In this document: positions 1 through 15,000 of the stretch, in pieces | How positions within the stretch are numbered: position 1 is the stretch's first letter | How the letters are laid out: every line of letters starts with the position of its first letter | Assembly (NCBI GenBank): GCA_045598345.1 | Contig: JAZLLX010000093.1 | Coordinates: forward strand, 54,166-118,165 | Reading direction: 5' to 3' | DNA length: 64,000 bases | Source: Acidaminococcaceae bacterium | GTDB taxonomy: Bacteria; Bacillota; Negativicutes; Acidaminococcales; Acidaminococcaceae | Made by a program: the position numbers and the translations under genes | Notes under the pieces: generated by a model | Database searches by the model: none | What the model saw: only the letters and a program-made list of their open reading frames with translations | Told to the model about the DNA's origin: nothing

Positions 1-3000
1 GCATTTTCTTCACCATATAATTTGATTCTGTTAATTGAATCAGTATTGCTCAAATCAATATCACTTACGATGGAATAGGTGCTTACTGAACCAGGGTCAA
101 ACTTATCAACAACTTTAGTAGCACCAACCGTAATATTAGGATCTAATATCTTTGCTTCTGAGAATCTGATTTCATGTGCCGGATCAATATTTGTTTTATC
201 ATCAGCAACAACAGTACGGTAATCAATAGTATGATTGTCTTGAATAATTTGTGCCAATGAATAACCTTCACGTAAGGTTATCTTAATATTGCCATGACCT
301 GTTTCAGATTTGCTGAAATCATATCTGGTACTGTTACTTGTTACAGTAGATACAACATTGTTATCAAAAGTTACAGTATTCTTACTAGGATTAGATTCCT
401 GACCGGTGACACTAACCACTAATTTAGTTGCAGTATTGCCAGTTTCCAATTCACCGGTAGGTTCTGCAGTAATATTGATGGATTTTAAAGTCAGCGTGCC
501 GGAAGCACTGTCTGCTGCGTTAATATAGTCGCCCGCTGTCCCCAAATCTTTACCGTCAGAATTCCAATTTGCCAGGTTAATATCAAAGGCAATGCCGGCA
601 CCTGTTTCTGCATTGAAGTAAGTGGTATTAACCGCTTCGTTAGTGTTGTTGATTAAATCAAATACACCATTTGCGCCTACATTGATTGTAGTTGCCTGAA
701 TATTACTTGAACCAGAACCTAATTTTTGACTGCTGTTGGTGGTCAATGTACCGTTAGAAATGTTCACAGTCATTTGCGCGCCATCAAATACAGCATTTTC
801 TCCTAACTTAACATCGGCGTTAATGATCAAGGTACCTTTACTTTCATTAGCAAATCCACTGTTAAGTGTTCCCGCAGAATTAAAGTTCAAAACGCCGTTC
901 TGACCTACATTGATAGTGGCATTGATAATATTGTCAGGACTGATTGCCAGTTTGGCATTTACATCATCTGCAATATTAAGTTTGCTTTGGTCAATAACGC
1001 CTGCAGTAACCGCAACATCGCCTGTAATGGTTGTTGTACCTGCACCGCCAATATTATTAATTAACGTACCGCCAGTAAGTTTCACACCGCCACCAACAGA
1101 TTTATTAGTTACAGTTCCGCCAATATTATCGGCATTTGCCACCAAAACATTGAAGTTGGCATCTTCCACAATCATGGACTGGCTGATGAGGTCTTCTACA
1201 GTAACGGTGCCGCCATTGACAATTACTGTTCCGCTGCCGGATACTTTTTCATCAAGAGTGCCGCCTGTGAGGGTTAATTTGCTGTTATTATTGATTAAAT
1301 CGTCACTAATATTCAGGTAATCTGCATTTGTCTGAAGTTCGCCCGCATTAATGAATAATCCCTTTTGCGTAATTGCTTTAGTATTGGAATTTGTGATGGT
1401 GCCGCCATCAATATGCAGTTCGCCAGTTTTTATAGTTTCATTGTCAAGAATATTGTTTCTTAAAATATAACTGTTAGCGGTATTGATTGACAAAATACCA
1501 CGGTTAATAATATCTTCCGCAATATACAAATCATCCAAAGTGGAGGTGAACTTGGAACCATTATCTATCTGCAATTCTTTCTGGGTAATCTTAACGCCAC
1601 TGTTAATAATAGCTGTATTATCAGTTGCATTACCGGTAATATGGAGAACACCCATTGTTGCCTGACCTGCATCAGCAGAAATTTCCTTCCTAATGCTGCC
1701 GTTTCCGCTTATATACAAATCACCAAGATTTTGAACGGTAGAACCAATATTACCAATATCAATCCGTAATTCACCACTGTTATCAACTTTAATGCTATTT
1801 GCAATATGTGCCGCAGCAGTAATCTTACTGTTATCTGCTACTACAAATTTGCCGTCACCGTCAACAGTATATTCAAAAGTATCTGTACCTGTTAAGGTTA
1901 AAGTGCCGGCATTGGAAACCAAACCGCCGCCAACGGTCAAATTGTTACTATTGATAATCAATCCGCCGTTTTCAGCAATAGTCAGACGATTTTGGTTAAT
2001 GCTTGCACTATTAGTATTGGCATCAATAGTACCTGTAGTAATGGAAAGTGCACCTGTAACAGCATTATAGCCAACAATATTATTCTTAAGTTCTTTTGTC
2101 CCGTCAGCACTTAAGATTAATTTGCCTGCATTAGCGATTGCATTTGTCAGGGTGAGTTTTGCAATATCCGAAATGAAGGTTGCCTTATCCATCACAATTA
2201 ATTCTTTTTGAACAATGTTCTTGGAATCAGCCGGCATTTCGGGTACATCTTTGCCTATTTCACCATTACTGATAGTGTTTTGGGTAATTATTAAAGTGCC
2301 GGCACTGTTAAGAATGTTGTTCTTAATCGCAGTAGGCGTTTCATCTTTTGCGTTCAAATTCAATGTTCCTGCGTTATCAATATTGTCTGTAATGGTAAGA
2401 TTGCTTAATTCAGAAGTGAAGGATGCACCATTCTTCACATTCAGCTGGTACTGGTTAATGAACATATTTTGCTTGTTGATTACATTACCAATAATATTTA
2501 ATGTGCCATGTTGTGCCGCTGATGTTTCAGTATTATCCCCATTAATGTTGACTTGAATGATATCGTTTGCCAATCCCGTCTTGCCTAAATTCAACTCGCC
2601 GGTATTGACAGTAATGCCTTTAAGTGCGGAGGCAGTGGTTGTCAAAGTGCCTTCATTGTTGATTGTACCGGTAAGTTGTTGTCCGTCTGTTTGGGCAACT
2701 ACAGTTGCACCGCTGTTGATTTCTAATTCATTTTGAACATCTTTAGTCAAAATAACTGTGCCACTGTTAGCAAATTCCACAGTACCTTCACCGGTGAAGG
2801 AAGTATTGAACTCAACATTATCAGCAGAGCCGTTAAGAATTAATCTGCCTACATTAGCAATGCTGCCATTGTTAATATGTAAGTTTGCCGCACCAACGGT
2901 TAATTCACCATTGGAATTGGTAATAAACAAATTGCCTTGGGTAATACTGTTATTCGCACCAAATGTAACGGTTGCATTGTCTATGCTTAAGGAACCGCTT

Positions 3001-6000
3001 CCGGTAATATTGGCACCATTGGCAGTAAAGTCAATATTTCCTTGTTGCAAATTGAGATATCTGTCATTAGTAATTCCACTGCTGATGAGGGTATTGCCGC
3101 TGTTAACAGCAGTAATATTGACAGTTCCGTTATTGGTTACAAAGTCACCGTCAAAGCCCTTAACTTCTTTCAGTCCGGTCAAATTCAGGGTGTCGCCATT
3201 GCGGACAGCCATACCGGCAAATTGTCTGCCGGAAGCATTTTGACTGCCATTAAGAATGTAGGTGTTATCACCATCAATAGTCAAAGTACGTGCAGAACCG
3301 TCAGTTAGGTCATTAAATTCCCCAAGGTCTTCAGTAACTTCATAGTTGGATTCAAGGGTGAACTTGTTACCGCCTTTGGCGATTTCATCACCTGCGTGCT
3401 TATTATCAACAACTTTGTTTTGGATGATTTCTGCCAAACTGAAGCCATAGGTCTTTTCAATATTCAAAGCGCCGCTGCCAACTGTTGATTGTGTAAATAC
3501 ATATTTGTAAGCGCCTGTATAAATAGTTGTTCCTTCAATGGTCAGACCGGTAGTAGTTCCAGTAAGCAAATCAAGAGTAATGGTCTTGTCAACGCCACCC
3601 TTCCAACCTTGGGTTAAGTTCAGGCCGTCCAAGGAAATAGTAGTACTGTATGCTACAGAAGTTACAGCCAAATTATCAATTGCAGATGCTGTTTGAATTG
3701 CTGATGCATCGGACCAAGTGTTGCCAGACAAGTTAACATCAACTTTCAAATTGGCATTGCCGCTTAATGTACCTATGGTCAAGGTTTCGGCTGTTGCGCC
3801 CGTATTGGTCATGTCAATAACCGCATTATTGGCAGTTAAGTTGGCAACAGTAATATTATTGCCGTTGGTCTTAAGGCCGGTGCTGTCTTTCAGTGTTACA
3901 TTCTGACTTGTCATTGAACTGCCGCTGCCCATGGTGAGAGTGCCTTTGGCAATTTCAATATTGCCTGTTCCGTCAATTACTTTACGGAGTGTGCCGCCAT
4001 CAGTGAACTTGATGTTACCGGTATTGGTAACATCCGCACCAATGTTACCGGCAATAGTTTCCAGAGTGCCGGCATTGGTAATGGTACCGCCGCTCATAAT
4101 CTGACTCAGACCGTCAATAATCAGATGGGCACCTGTTTCAATATTAACATTGTTTTCAATGCCATATTGGCTTACTTTAAGTTTGGTGCCGGTGCCGGTC
4201 AGTTTTAATGTACCATCACCTTGCAAATCATGTTTGAAGTCATTATCAATACCGCTAAGTACCAAAGTACCTGCATTTTCAATAACTTCCTGAGTTATAT
4301 CCAAATAGCCGACATTTGTAGTAAGTGTTGCATTTTCTTTAATTTCTAAAGCATCTTGAGTAATTGCTTTGTTGTCGCTGTTATTTACATGACCGCCGGT
4401 AATGGTCAAAATACCGGTAGTGCCAGTAATATTTTGTTTCAATACAGTACCTGTATCTACAGCACCACTGATATTAAATTTGCCTGTATTGGTAATAGTA
4501 TCTGCGGCCAAATCCAAATCTGCCAAAGCAGTTGTTAATGCTCCGCTAATACTCAAAGTGTTTTGAGCAATTCTATTGCCTGCGTTATTGCTTACTGTAC
4601 CAATTACATTCAAAGTACCTGTCTTATCGGTAATATTCTTTGCCAAAGTACCGTCACCTAAGTTCACAGTGCCGCTGTTGGCAATACCATTAGCACCGCC
4701 AATATTATTGGCAAGGATATTCAATGTGCCTGCGTTAGTAATATTATCACTAATTGTTCCGCCAGTTGTGTTGGCTGTTAAAGTTGCTCTGTTTTCTACG
4801 GTAACTTTATTGGCAATGGCTTTGGTTACGGTAACATCAGTTGTACCATTGACATCAGCAATGATTAATTTACCGTCTTTCGTTGCAGTTTCACTTATTT
4901 CATTTTCAACTTTGCCCTTGCCTGTTAAGGTGAGAGTGCCGTCATTGGTAATTGCAGAAGCAATCTTTAAGTTGCTGACATCCGTATTCAACGCACTGTC
5001 ATCAGCAATGGTTAAATTGTTCTGTTTGATGTCTTTATCATTGGTGTTATTGATAACCGCACTGGTCAAGGACAAAGTGCCTTCGCCGTCAATGCTGTTG
5101 TTCAGTACACCGGGAACGGCTGTGCTTAACTGCAGAATGCCGGCATTGATAATCTTGGCAGTGTTGTCAATAGCCAAATCCGCCAAATCAGATTTTAAGG
5201 TTGCACCGTTCTTAACTTCCAAACCTGCCTGTTCAATATAAGCGTTATTGACTGTTGCATCTGTACCGTCAACGATTAATTTGCCGTTGCCGCTGATATT
5301 ATGAATTAATGTGCCTATACCTAAATTTACAGTACCGTCATTGGTAACAGTGTTGCCAACATTAGTTGCGGAAATGCTTAATGTACTGCCGTCCTGAACT
5401 TCCATAGTATTGGCAATGGCAGCATTGGCGGTTACATTACCATTATCCACAACAATGAACTTGCCTGTACCATTAACTGCATTATTCAAAGTACCGTCAC
5501 GGTTCAAACGGAAGGTGCCATCATTATTAATTGTATCGTTTACATTTAATTTGGTAACATCAATCTTCAAACTGCCGTCTGCAATATTCAAGGTGTTCTG
5601 AGCAATGCTGCCTGTGGAATTGAAGACCACATCAGCATTGTTGATGTTCATTGTGCCACCATTATTAACAGCAGATTTAACAGTAATGGCGCCGCTGTTA
5701 AAGTTAATGGTGCCGGCATTTTGGATTACGGAATCCAAAGTCATGCCATTTTCCAAGGAATTATCAATATTAATTGTTCCGGAGTTCGCTGCAAAGTAAG
5801 TGCCAAAGGAACTGATACTATTAATGTTTTCCAAATTCAGAACGCCATTAGTACCTACTGTAATACCTTTCTTAGTACCATCACTGGTCAGGTTAAAGCC
5901 GTTACCGTTGATAGTGAAGGTACGGGCGGTTCCGCCAGCGGTATTAGTCAAAGTACCAAGGGTATTACCTTCAAGCATAGCATCATTTTCTGCTGCACCA

Positions 6001-9000
6001 GTATTGTAATATGCATAATTAGTGAAGGTTTGAACATTGCCGGCTGCATCAACTACTTTTTCAGATACATTAGTATCTTTCAGCAAGCTATAGAGATTAA
6101 CAGTAGCCGGTTCAAATGTATCACTGGCAAAGGTGTTATTTTGGATGATTTGGGCGAGAGTATAGCCCTTGCCTTTTTGAACTTGTAATTTACCGTCATG
6201 ACCGCCACCGGTTCTATCACCAGTTTCATTATAAATTTGAGTTCCGCTGAATGTAAAGCGTGAGAAATCACTGGTAACAGTAACACTCTGACCTTCAATT
6301 TCAAAATTAGAATAATCTGTTGCACCTTTGACAAAATCTTTAACAACTTTTTCTCCATAACCGAAGGAAGCATCCACATTGGAATTGGTTACATTAACAG
6401 TCCCCAAATAGATAGTACCTTTTGCTGTACCGCCACTTACTTCAATAGTATCACTGGAGAAGGTGGAGTCAGTGGGTTTGAGATTCTTCAAACTTACATC
6501 AATGGAAACATAGGATTTGTCTGTTGTTGTTCCGCCAGTAACATCCAGTTCACCAAGTTTTATGGTGCTGAAGCCGTTATTAACCATATTCAAGGTGCTG
6601 CCCTTGCCAACAATTAATTTGCCTGCATTAACTGCATTGGAACCAACATTCAAACTTGCATTGTCGCTTAAAGTGAGGCGAACAGCAGAGTCGGATTCAA
6701 AGAGGTCAGTACTGCCAAGTTGAACGGTCTTTTCAAAGATTACATTACCTGCTTCACCTTTGATTTGCTTATTGTAAGTGCCGCCGGTAGCAAAAGTTAA
6801 TTCACTACTTGCACCATTCATGGTGATTTCACCTACAGCATCAGCCAGATCAATGGTCAAGTTACCTGCTACGTTAATCTTGTTGTTAATGGCCGCTTTG
6901 GCGATAACTTTTGCAGTTTCAGTGATAACAGTTGTGCCGTTGCCTTTAATTTCATTGGCAAGTTTATTATCATCATCATTGCCGCTCAACTTCAATGTGC
7001 CATTGGCATTGTCAACAATACCGCCGACATTCTTGGCATCAATATTCAAAGTTGCCGCATTGTTCAAAGTGATGGCTTGGGCAATTTCACTTTGAGCAGT
7101 TAATGTGCCGTTTGCCGCAACAATTACCTTACCGCCATTGCCGGTAACTTTTTCTTGTAAAATACCTTCGTCAACAAATGTCAAAGTACCTTTATTAGTT
7201 ATTTCGTTATCACCGATCTTCAAAGCATCCGCATCAATTTCCAAAGAACCGGCAGTGATGGTCATGGTCTTTTGGGCAATGGACACACCTTCAGCAGCTT
7301 TCAGATTACCGCCAGTAATGAGTAATGTACCATAAGTTGTTACAGTATCGTGTTCCATATCACTTAAAATACTGTTCTTCAAATCAGTACCTTCGATAAT
7401 GGTCAGAGTACCTTTGTTTTCAATGTCTTCGGAAATTACTAATTTAGCCAAATCTGTGGTCAGACCACCTGTGGAAGCAATCTTCAAGATATTTTGAGTG
7501 ATATTTGCTTTATTAGAAACTTCAGCAGTTACGGTTAAAGTACCTTTGGTTGCAGTTTCGCTATCTACAATGTCTTTCAACAAAGTGCCTGCACCTAAAT
7601 TCAGTTCACCTGTATTAGTTACTTTATTGCCGATATTGGTTGCTGTAATGGTTAATTTGCCTTCGTTTTCAATAGTGTTTTCAACTTTGCCCTGAACATC
7701 AATGTTGATACTGTCCGCCAACTTCAATATACCGTTAATTCCTTGTAAAGTATGTTTGAATTCCTCTGCTGTGGATTCATTATTGCCAGTTAAGGACAAA
7801 GTGCCGTCATTAGTAATGATTTGGTTGCCAATAGTCAATTCGCTTAAAGCGGATTCCAAAACAGCACTGTCTTTAATGGTCAGAATTTGTTGGATAATGC
7901 CTTCGGTGTTGCTGAAAGTGCCTTCGCTTAATTCCAAAGTGCCGGCAGCAGTGCCGTTATTAGTAATTGTATAATCCAATACATTGGTTCCTGTAGTATC
8001 TTTGCCATTAAGTTTAACTGTACCCTTGTTAATCAAACTGGTGTCCAATTCAAGTTTTCCAACATTGGTATCTAATTCGCCTCCGGCATTGACAAGCAGT
8101 TGTTTCTGTTGAACATCCTTGTTTCCTGTATTCAAAATTGTGCCGGTTGCTACAGTAAGAACACCAGAACGAGAACCTTTATCAGCAGAATCAACAATAC
8201 CATTGGGCAGTACCACAGAACCGCTTGCGGAAATAATCAGATTGCCTTTGTTTTCAATATCTTCTGTAATTGCCAAAGGCGCAATATCAGTGGTGAATGT
8301 ACCGCCGGAAAGAATTTCCAATTTATTCTGCTTGATAAGATTTGCACTGTTGGTAACATTGCCGGAGATTGTTAAAGCACCTTCATTTTGTGCAAAAGAT
8401 AAGTATTCAGTAATTTCTTCGGAATCAAGTTTATCTGTAATGTCCTGTGTAAGAACACCTTCGGTCAATTCTAATTTGCCGAAACTGAAAATCTCACCTT
8501 TAAGATTGTCGACATCTGCAACAACACTGCCGGTATTGAAGAGTGTTTCAGTGATAAGAGCGTTTGCATCTGTAGCATCTAAATTGGCTTTTTGTTCACC
8601 AAATGCCGCTACCAGCACATCAGTATTGACTACATTTTGCAAGGTGAGTTTTGCATCTCCTGTTACATAGGTAAGACCGGTGCCAGTTATACCATCAGTA
8701 ATTACTTGTTCATCTGATTCTGTGCCGTAGAATCCCAGTATGCCGTTATTGGTAATGATTGAACCAACAGTAAGTTTTCCTGCATCAACTTTTACTGTAC
8801 CGTTAATTGATAAATTCTTTTGGGTTAAGGACATACCGCTGTCCATAGCGAGAACTGCTCCTGAAGCAACATTTAAGTTGCCTGTAGCAGTGGTGGCATC
8901 AGAAATATCTGCCTGCATTGCAACAGTGCCATTCTCAATGAAGAGGTTGCCCTTATTGACAATTTCACTGCCAATAGTTGTGGTACCACCGGTAGTGATA

Positions 9001-12000
9001 TTGAGCACGCCGCTGTTGGTAACAGCCGCTCCGTTGAAGCCATTGATTTCTGTCAAGCCCTTCAAAGTTAAGGTGTCAGATGTACGGACAGTAACACCTG
9101 CTTTATCATTACCCAAAAGTTTATAACTGTTTTGACCGTCAATAGTCAAATAACGATTAGATTTCGGTAAAACATTTTTATAATTTTCAAATGTTCCAAG
9201 TCCTGTAGAGTCATCTTCTGCTTTTTGACCATCAGCACCAACTACGTAATCCTCTTCCAAAATATATTGGTTACTGCTCTTCGTAGTAATAGTATCACCA
9301 GCATAAAGTGAATCTTTATAATCATCATCTTCATTAACATCAATATTCTGAATTACCTGACCCAAGCTAAAGCCACGCTCTTTGGTAACTTTAACCTGAC
9401 CTGTTGTACCCTCTTGTTCAAAGACATATTTACTGGTGCTCAGATATACTTCTGTGCCATTGATTGTTACCCCAGTAATGTTATCCCCCTGTAACAAATC
9501 AATATAGACAAAGCTGTTCAAAGAGCCGTTCCAACCTTTTACAAGGTTGACATTATTGTCAAGGTCTAATACGGGAGCATTTCCCGTATCAATGCCGGCG
9601 AGTTTAATACTGCTGTATTGGGCAGTTATGTCATTTGTCACATCTACTGCACCATCTGCTGTACCAGTAAAGTTAACATCAATTGCCAAATTACCTTTAC
9701 CTGATAATGTGCCAACAGTAATGCTCTTATATGTAGGTTCTGCAGAAGTCAAATCAAGAGTGCTTACTTCCGTTCCTTCAGTGTATAACCGCAAATCACC
9801 AATGGTCTTTTCGTTGCCGCCTGTAGCCAAGGTTGCACCCTTAGCGACTTCAATATCTTGATATTGCAAATCGGCATTTTTGCCTAAAGTGAATTTCTTA
9901 CCTGCTGCAATCTTAACAGTACCATGATCGTCTGCTGTTGCACTAATTGCTTTGTTCCAAGTGCCGTCAGCGGTAAATTCTACTGTACCCGTATTTTCAA
10001 ATTCACCGGCAATATTGCCTACAATTGCCTGTAAATTACCTTTGTTAATAACTTTACCGCTAATAATCTTACCGGATGCAGTATCAATTACTTTTGCCCC
10101 TTCAGCAATTTCAATTGTATTGGCAATAGTATTGCCAATTGTCAAACTATTGCTGTCAGTACTTTCAACCACTAATTTACCAGTACCGCTAAGTTTGTCG
10201 GACAAAGTGGCTGCAGCAGTAGTAAAGAGTGTTAAAGTACCGTCATTGCTGATTTCATCACTACCAACAGTTAAGTTGGTAATATTAGTTCTTAACTCTG
10301 CACCGCTTTGAATTTGTAAATCCTTTTGAATAATTTGTTTAGCAGAAGAAGTGCCATTGTCAATCTTGCCGCCGGAAACAATCAATTTACCTGTGCTACC
10401 ATCAATTGCATAGCCCAAAGTAACACCGCCCGTAGTATTGACTTGCAATTCCAAAGTACCGTTATTTGTCAAAGCGTTAGATAAAGTGAGTTTTTCAATA
10501 TTGGTTTTCAGTGAAGCATTTTGTTTAACTTCCAATTGTTTTTGGGTAATCGCTTTGCCGGAATCACCAATATTGGTAATTGTACCGCTGTTAATGATTA
10601 ATTTGCCTGTCTTGGTTGTCTGACTATCTGTAATAGCATTTTGCAATGCGAATGTATTGGCCGTATCCAGTGACAAAGTACCTTTATTTTCAATAGCGTC
10701 AGTAATCGCCAGTTTATTGATGTATGTATCAAATTCCGCACCTGCGGCAATGGTCAAATCCTTTTGAGTAATGGTATTGGTGTTCTTCAAAATAACTTTG
10801 CCGGAGGAAATTGTCAAATGACCTTCTGCAGCATTAATATCTGTATCTGCTTCAATATCATATTCCAAAGTGGAACCGGTGTCAGTTCCTGACAAGTTCA
10901 TAACATTGAGATTGGTCACTTCATTGCCAATATTGGCAACGCCAATTTCCAAAGTGCCTTTATTGAGAACAGTATTATTGAGTTTTGCATCTGTTGCAGT
11001 AACATTCAATTTAGCAGTATCATTTACTATTACATTATTGTCAACAAAATTATTAGCCGCTAATTTAACATTGGCATAAGCATCCATTTCAAATGTACCT
11101 GTACCAGTAATAGTATGGGCAAATTCTGTAGCAGTTGCGGACATGGATGTTCCGCCAGTTAATACTAAAGTACCTGCATTGGCAATCTCTGTATCTTTCA
11201 AGGTCAATTTATCCGCCTGCACAGTAAGTTTGCCGGCAATGTCAGTAATAGTTAAGGTTTTTTGTGTAAGAGCATTGCCGTTCATCTCAACTTCGGCTGC
11301 TCTGATCTTCATGGTGCCTTGTTCACTGACATTAGTAATATCAGCATTCATAACAACTTTACCGTTTGTAACAGTCAATGTGCCGCTGTTGCTGATGCCG
11401 CTGCCAAAGGTTGTACCGTCAGTCCTGCCGGCAATTACTAACTCGCCACCATTATTGACAGTAACCGCATTGCCGCTAAATCCGCTTACTTCTGCCAAAT
11501 TCTTCAAAGTCAATTTGTCTTTATCACGAACAGTAATACCTAATTTGTTATTACTTGTCAAACTGTATGCACCGGCACCGTCAATAGTGAAATGACGGGC
11601 ATTGGTAGGACTGAGTGTATTATCTGTTGTTGTATCATTAAGTTTATTAAATTCACCCAAGTCATCAGCAGTTACATAATCCTGGTCCAGAACGAACTGG
11701 CGGTTGCCGCTGTTAATGTTTTCCTGACCTGCATATTTAACTTCTGTACCAACATCTACACCGGCATTTTGAATAATTTGTGCCAAAGTGAAGCCGTTTT
11801 CCTTAGTAACACGAACCACACCGGAATTGCCGACTTGTTCAAAAATGTATTTGTATTGGGAATCATAGATGGTAATGCCTTGAATACTGAGGCCGGTAAT
11901 TGGGTTGGAAGCATCAACTAAAGTAAGGTCAACAGATTTGTGTACTCCCTGTTGCCAACCGCTAATCAGATTAACCTTATCCAATGTCAAAGTAGTATCG

Positions 12001-15000
12001 GTGGTAACCAAACCTGCAGTAATCTTATCCGTGCTTGCGGTAATGCCATTCTTCGCATCCGTATCGCTCCAAGTTCCGCCGAACGCCACATCAATATTCA
12101 GTTTTGCACTGCCGCCCAAGGTATCGGAAACAACAATAATATTGTTGGCGCCGCCCGTGGCATTTCCTGTTTCTGTCAGAACAGTACTCATATTGATAAT
12201 TGCATCAGTTGCATTCAACGAATATATGCTTAAGGCCTGGGCATTGAGCATAAGTTCTGCACCGCTTTCCAAAGCAACTTTTTGGTCGGACATGGTGCCA
12301 CCGTTCATAATCAGTTGCTTGCCGGTTGCAACTTCAACATTACCACTTTCTTTGATTGCTTTAGACAATTTACCGTTTTCTATAAATCTTACTGTACCTT
12401 TATTGGTAACTTCATCGCCCTTAATATTATCTGCATCAATTTGCAGGGCGGCACCTTCAGCAACACTAATCTTGCGTTCAATGTCTTTTTGGGCAATGAG
12501 GGTAACGTCCTTTTCAATATTAACCCTGTTACTGATTACTTCAGTAGCAGTAATATTGCCGCCTGTACCATTGAATGTCAGAGTGCCTTCGCCAGTAACA
12601 TTCTTATTAAAGGTTGCATCTTCATTTATATTCAGGGTGAGTTCGCCCTTATTGCTGATTTGGGTATCACCAATAGTTAAAGCGGACAAAGCGGTGGTCA
12701 GACCTGCTTTTTCGGCAATGGACAAACTCTTTTGACTGATTGTTTTGTCAGTATTCTTAATAATGCCGGAAAGAATGTTCAAGGAGCCGGTAGTACCGTT
12801 AAGATTATTTGCCAACTGGCTGCCGGTTGAAAGCCCTTTCAAATTCAAAGTGCCTTCATTAGTAACATTTGCATCTGTAATTTCCAAATCAGTGATATTG
12901 GCAGTTAAAGCGCCGGTGTTTTCAACATTTAAGGTCTTTTGAGTAATCTTTTCCCCTTCAGTAAGGGTTACTGCCCCATTAACATTCAAGATGCCGGTTT
13001 TTGTGCTGCCGATGTCAGTAATACTGTGCGCCAATGTGCCATCGCCTAAGTTAACAGTACCTGTGTTGGAAATATCATTGCCAACATTCTTGGCATCAAC
13101 AGTTAACTGGCCGGCATTTGTAACCGCATTTTCTACGGCACCGGTAATCTTGATAACAGTGGTATTGTCAAGATTCAGTTTGCCGGAAATGCCGGTAATG
13201 CTATGCTCAAAGTCGTCGGTTGCAACGCCGCTGAAGTTCAAAGTACCGGCATTTTTGATTTCCGTATCAGTAATTGTCAATTGTGGCAGGGCGATGGTCA
13301 ATGCCGTACCATTTGCCAATTCCAATGCCTTTTGACTGATGGTCTTAGTATTAGCATTAAATTGACCTTTAGCGATAACCAAAGTGCCAGTATCACCGGC
13401 AATATTATTAACTAAGTCATAGGAACTGTCGCTTTCCAAGACCAAAGTGCCGTTATCAGTAATTGTACCATTAGTAATAGTGATTCTGTTGACATTAGTG
13501 GTAAATTTGCCGCCAGCGTTAACAGTCAAATCCTGTTGGGTAATTGCCGCATTATTGGCAACAGTACCTAAAACTATTATTTCACCCTTGGCAGTTTCTG
13601 TACCGTTGCTGACATTCTGGGTTAATTCACCATCATTTAATTTCAATGTGCCTGTGTTGGTGACAACATTTTTCAATCCTGATGCATCAACAGTCAATGT
13701 TCCCGCATTTTGAACTTTGTTTTCAATGTTCTTGCCTTCGGCAACAGTAACTTTGGCATCTGTTGCATTAATCTGCAACAAACCTCTACCTGACAAATCT
13801 GTACCAATTTTAACATTATCGCCCTTCAGTATAAGGTTACCGTCATTGCTTAAGGTTTCACTGATGTCCATGTTGTTCGCATTGATATCCAAAGTGCCAT
13901 CACCATTGATGGTCAAACTCTTTTGTTTCAATTCCTTATTACCGTTAAAGGTAACAGTTGCCTTGTCAATGATTACAGAACCGTTATATGTTCCGTCCGT
14001 ACCGGTAAGGTCCGCATCCATGCTAATTGTTCCATTATCAAATTTGACAGTGCCTGCCTTGTTCAGTATGGCAGAAGCAATGGTCATAGTGCCGCTTCCG
14101 TTACTGATATTTACAGTACCGTTTTCGTTCTTAACGATATAGGAAGTAAAGTTCTTAATGGTGGTAATATTTTCCAAATTCAGAGTATAAGCCGCATTAA
14201 TTTCAATACCGTCAATCCAGTTGCCGGTATCACCGTCATTGCCGCCCAGTAAAGGATGTACGCCGTTGCCTGTAATAGTAAGTTCACGGTAAGATTCCCC
14301 GGACATGGGTGTTAATCTGCCTAATGCCGTACCGGTAGTGGGTTCATGTTTTTCATTATAGTACCTTACCATGCTCTCCTGGTCATATACATCCTTGGTC
14401 AATTGATATTTTACAGTGGAACCGGGTTCTTCGCCTTCTTCCAAATCAAGTGCGCTTTGGGTGTTACGGATTACCTGTGCCAAACTCCAGCCGTCAAACT
14501 TCGTAACTTTAATGCTGCCCGCTTTTTCAGCATTATTTTCAAATCTGTAGCGGTAATCACCTAAAACGGTTGTGATGGCTTTATCGCCGAAAGTAACAGT
14601 AACATTACTGCCGGTAATCAAATCAATATAACCTACGCCCTTGGTCCCTAATGCACCTGCACCTTCAAACATACCATTGGTAATGTTGATTTCCTTCAAA
14701 GTAATAGTTCCGGTTGCATTGGTAACATGAATGCCATCCACCAAATCGCTTGCCACAGTTGTGCTGTCTTCCCTTAAGCCGCTTAAATCAACATCAAACA
14801 TAATTTGACTGCCTTCTGTTGCAGTAAGAGTGCCTACGTCCAAAGTGGAATATGCACTGTTCTTCATATCCAAAACTGCGGCACTGTTTAATGTCAAAAC
14901 ATTTGCGCCTAAAGTATTGTCATTGGTGGTCAAGGTCTTGCTGCTGTTAACGGTAACATCCACATCTTGGAAAGCGGCGGTGCTGCTGCCGGAAGTGACT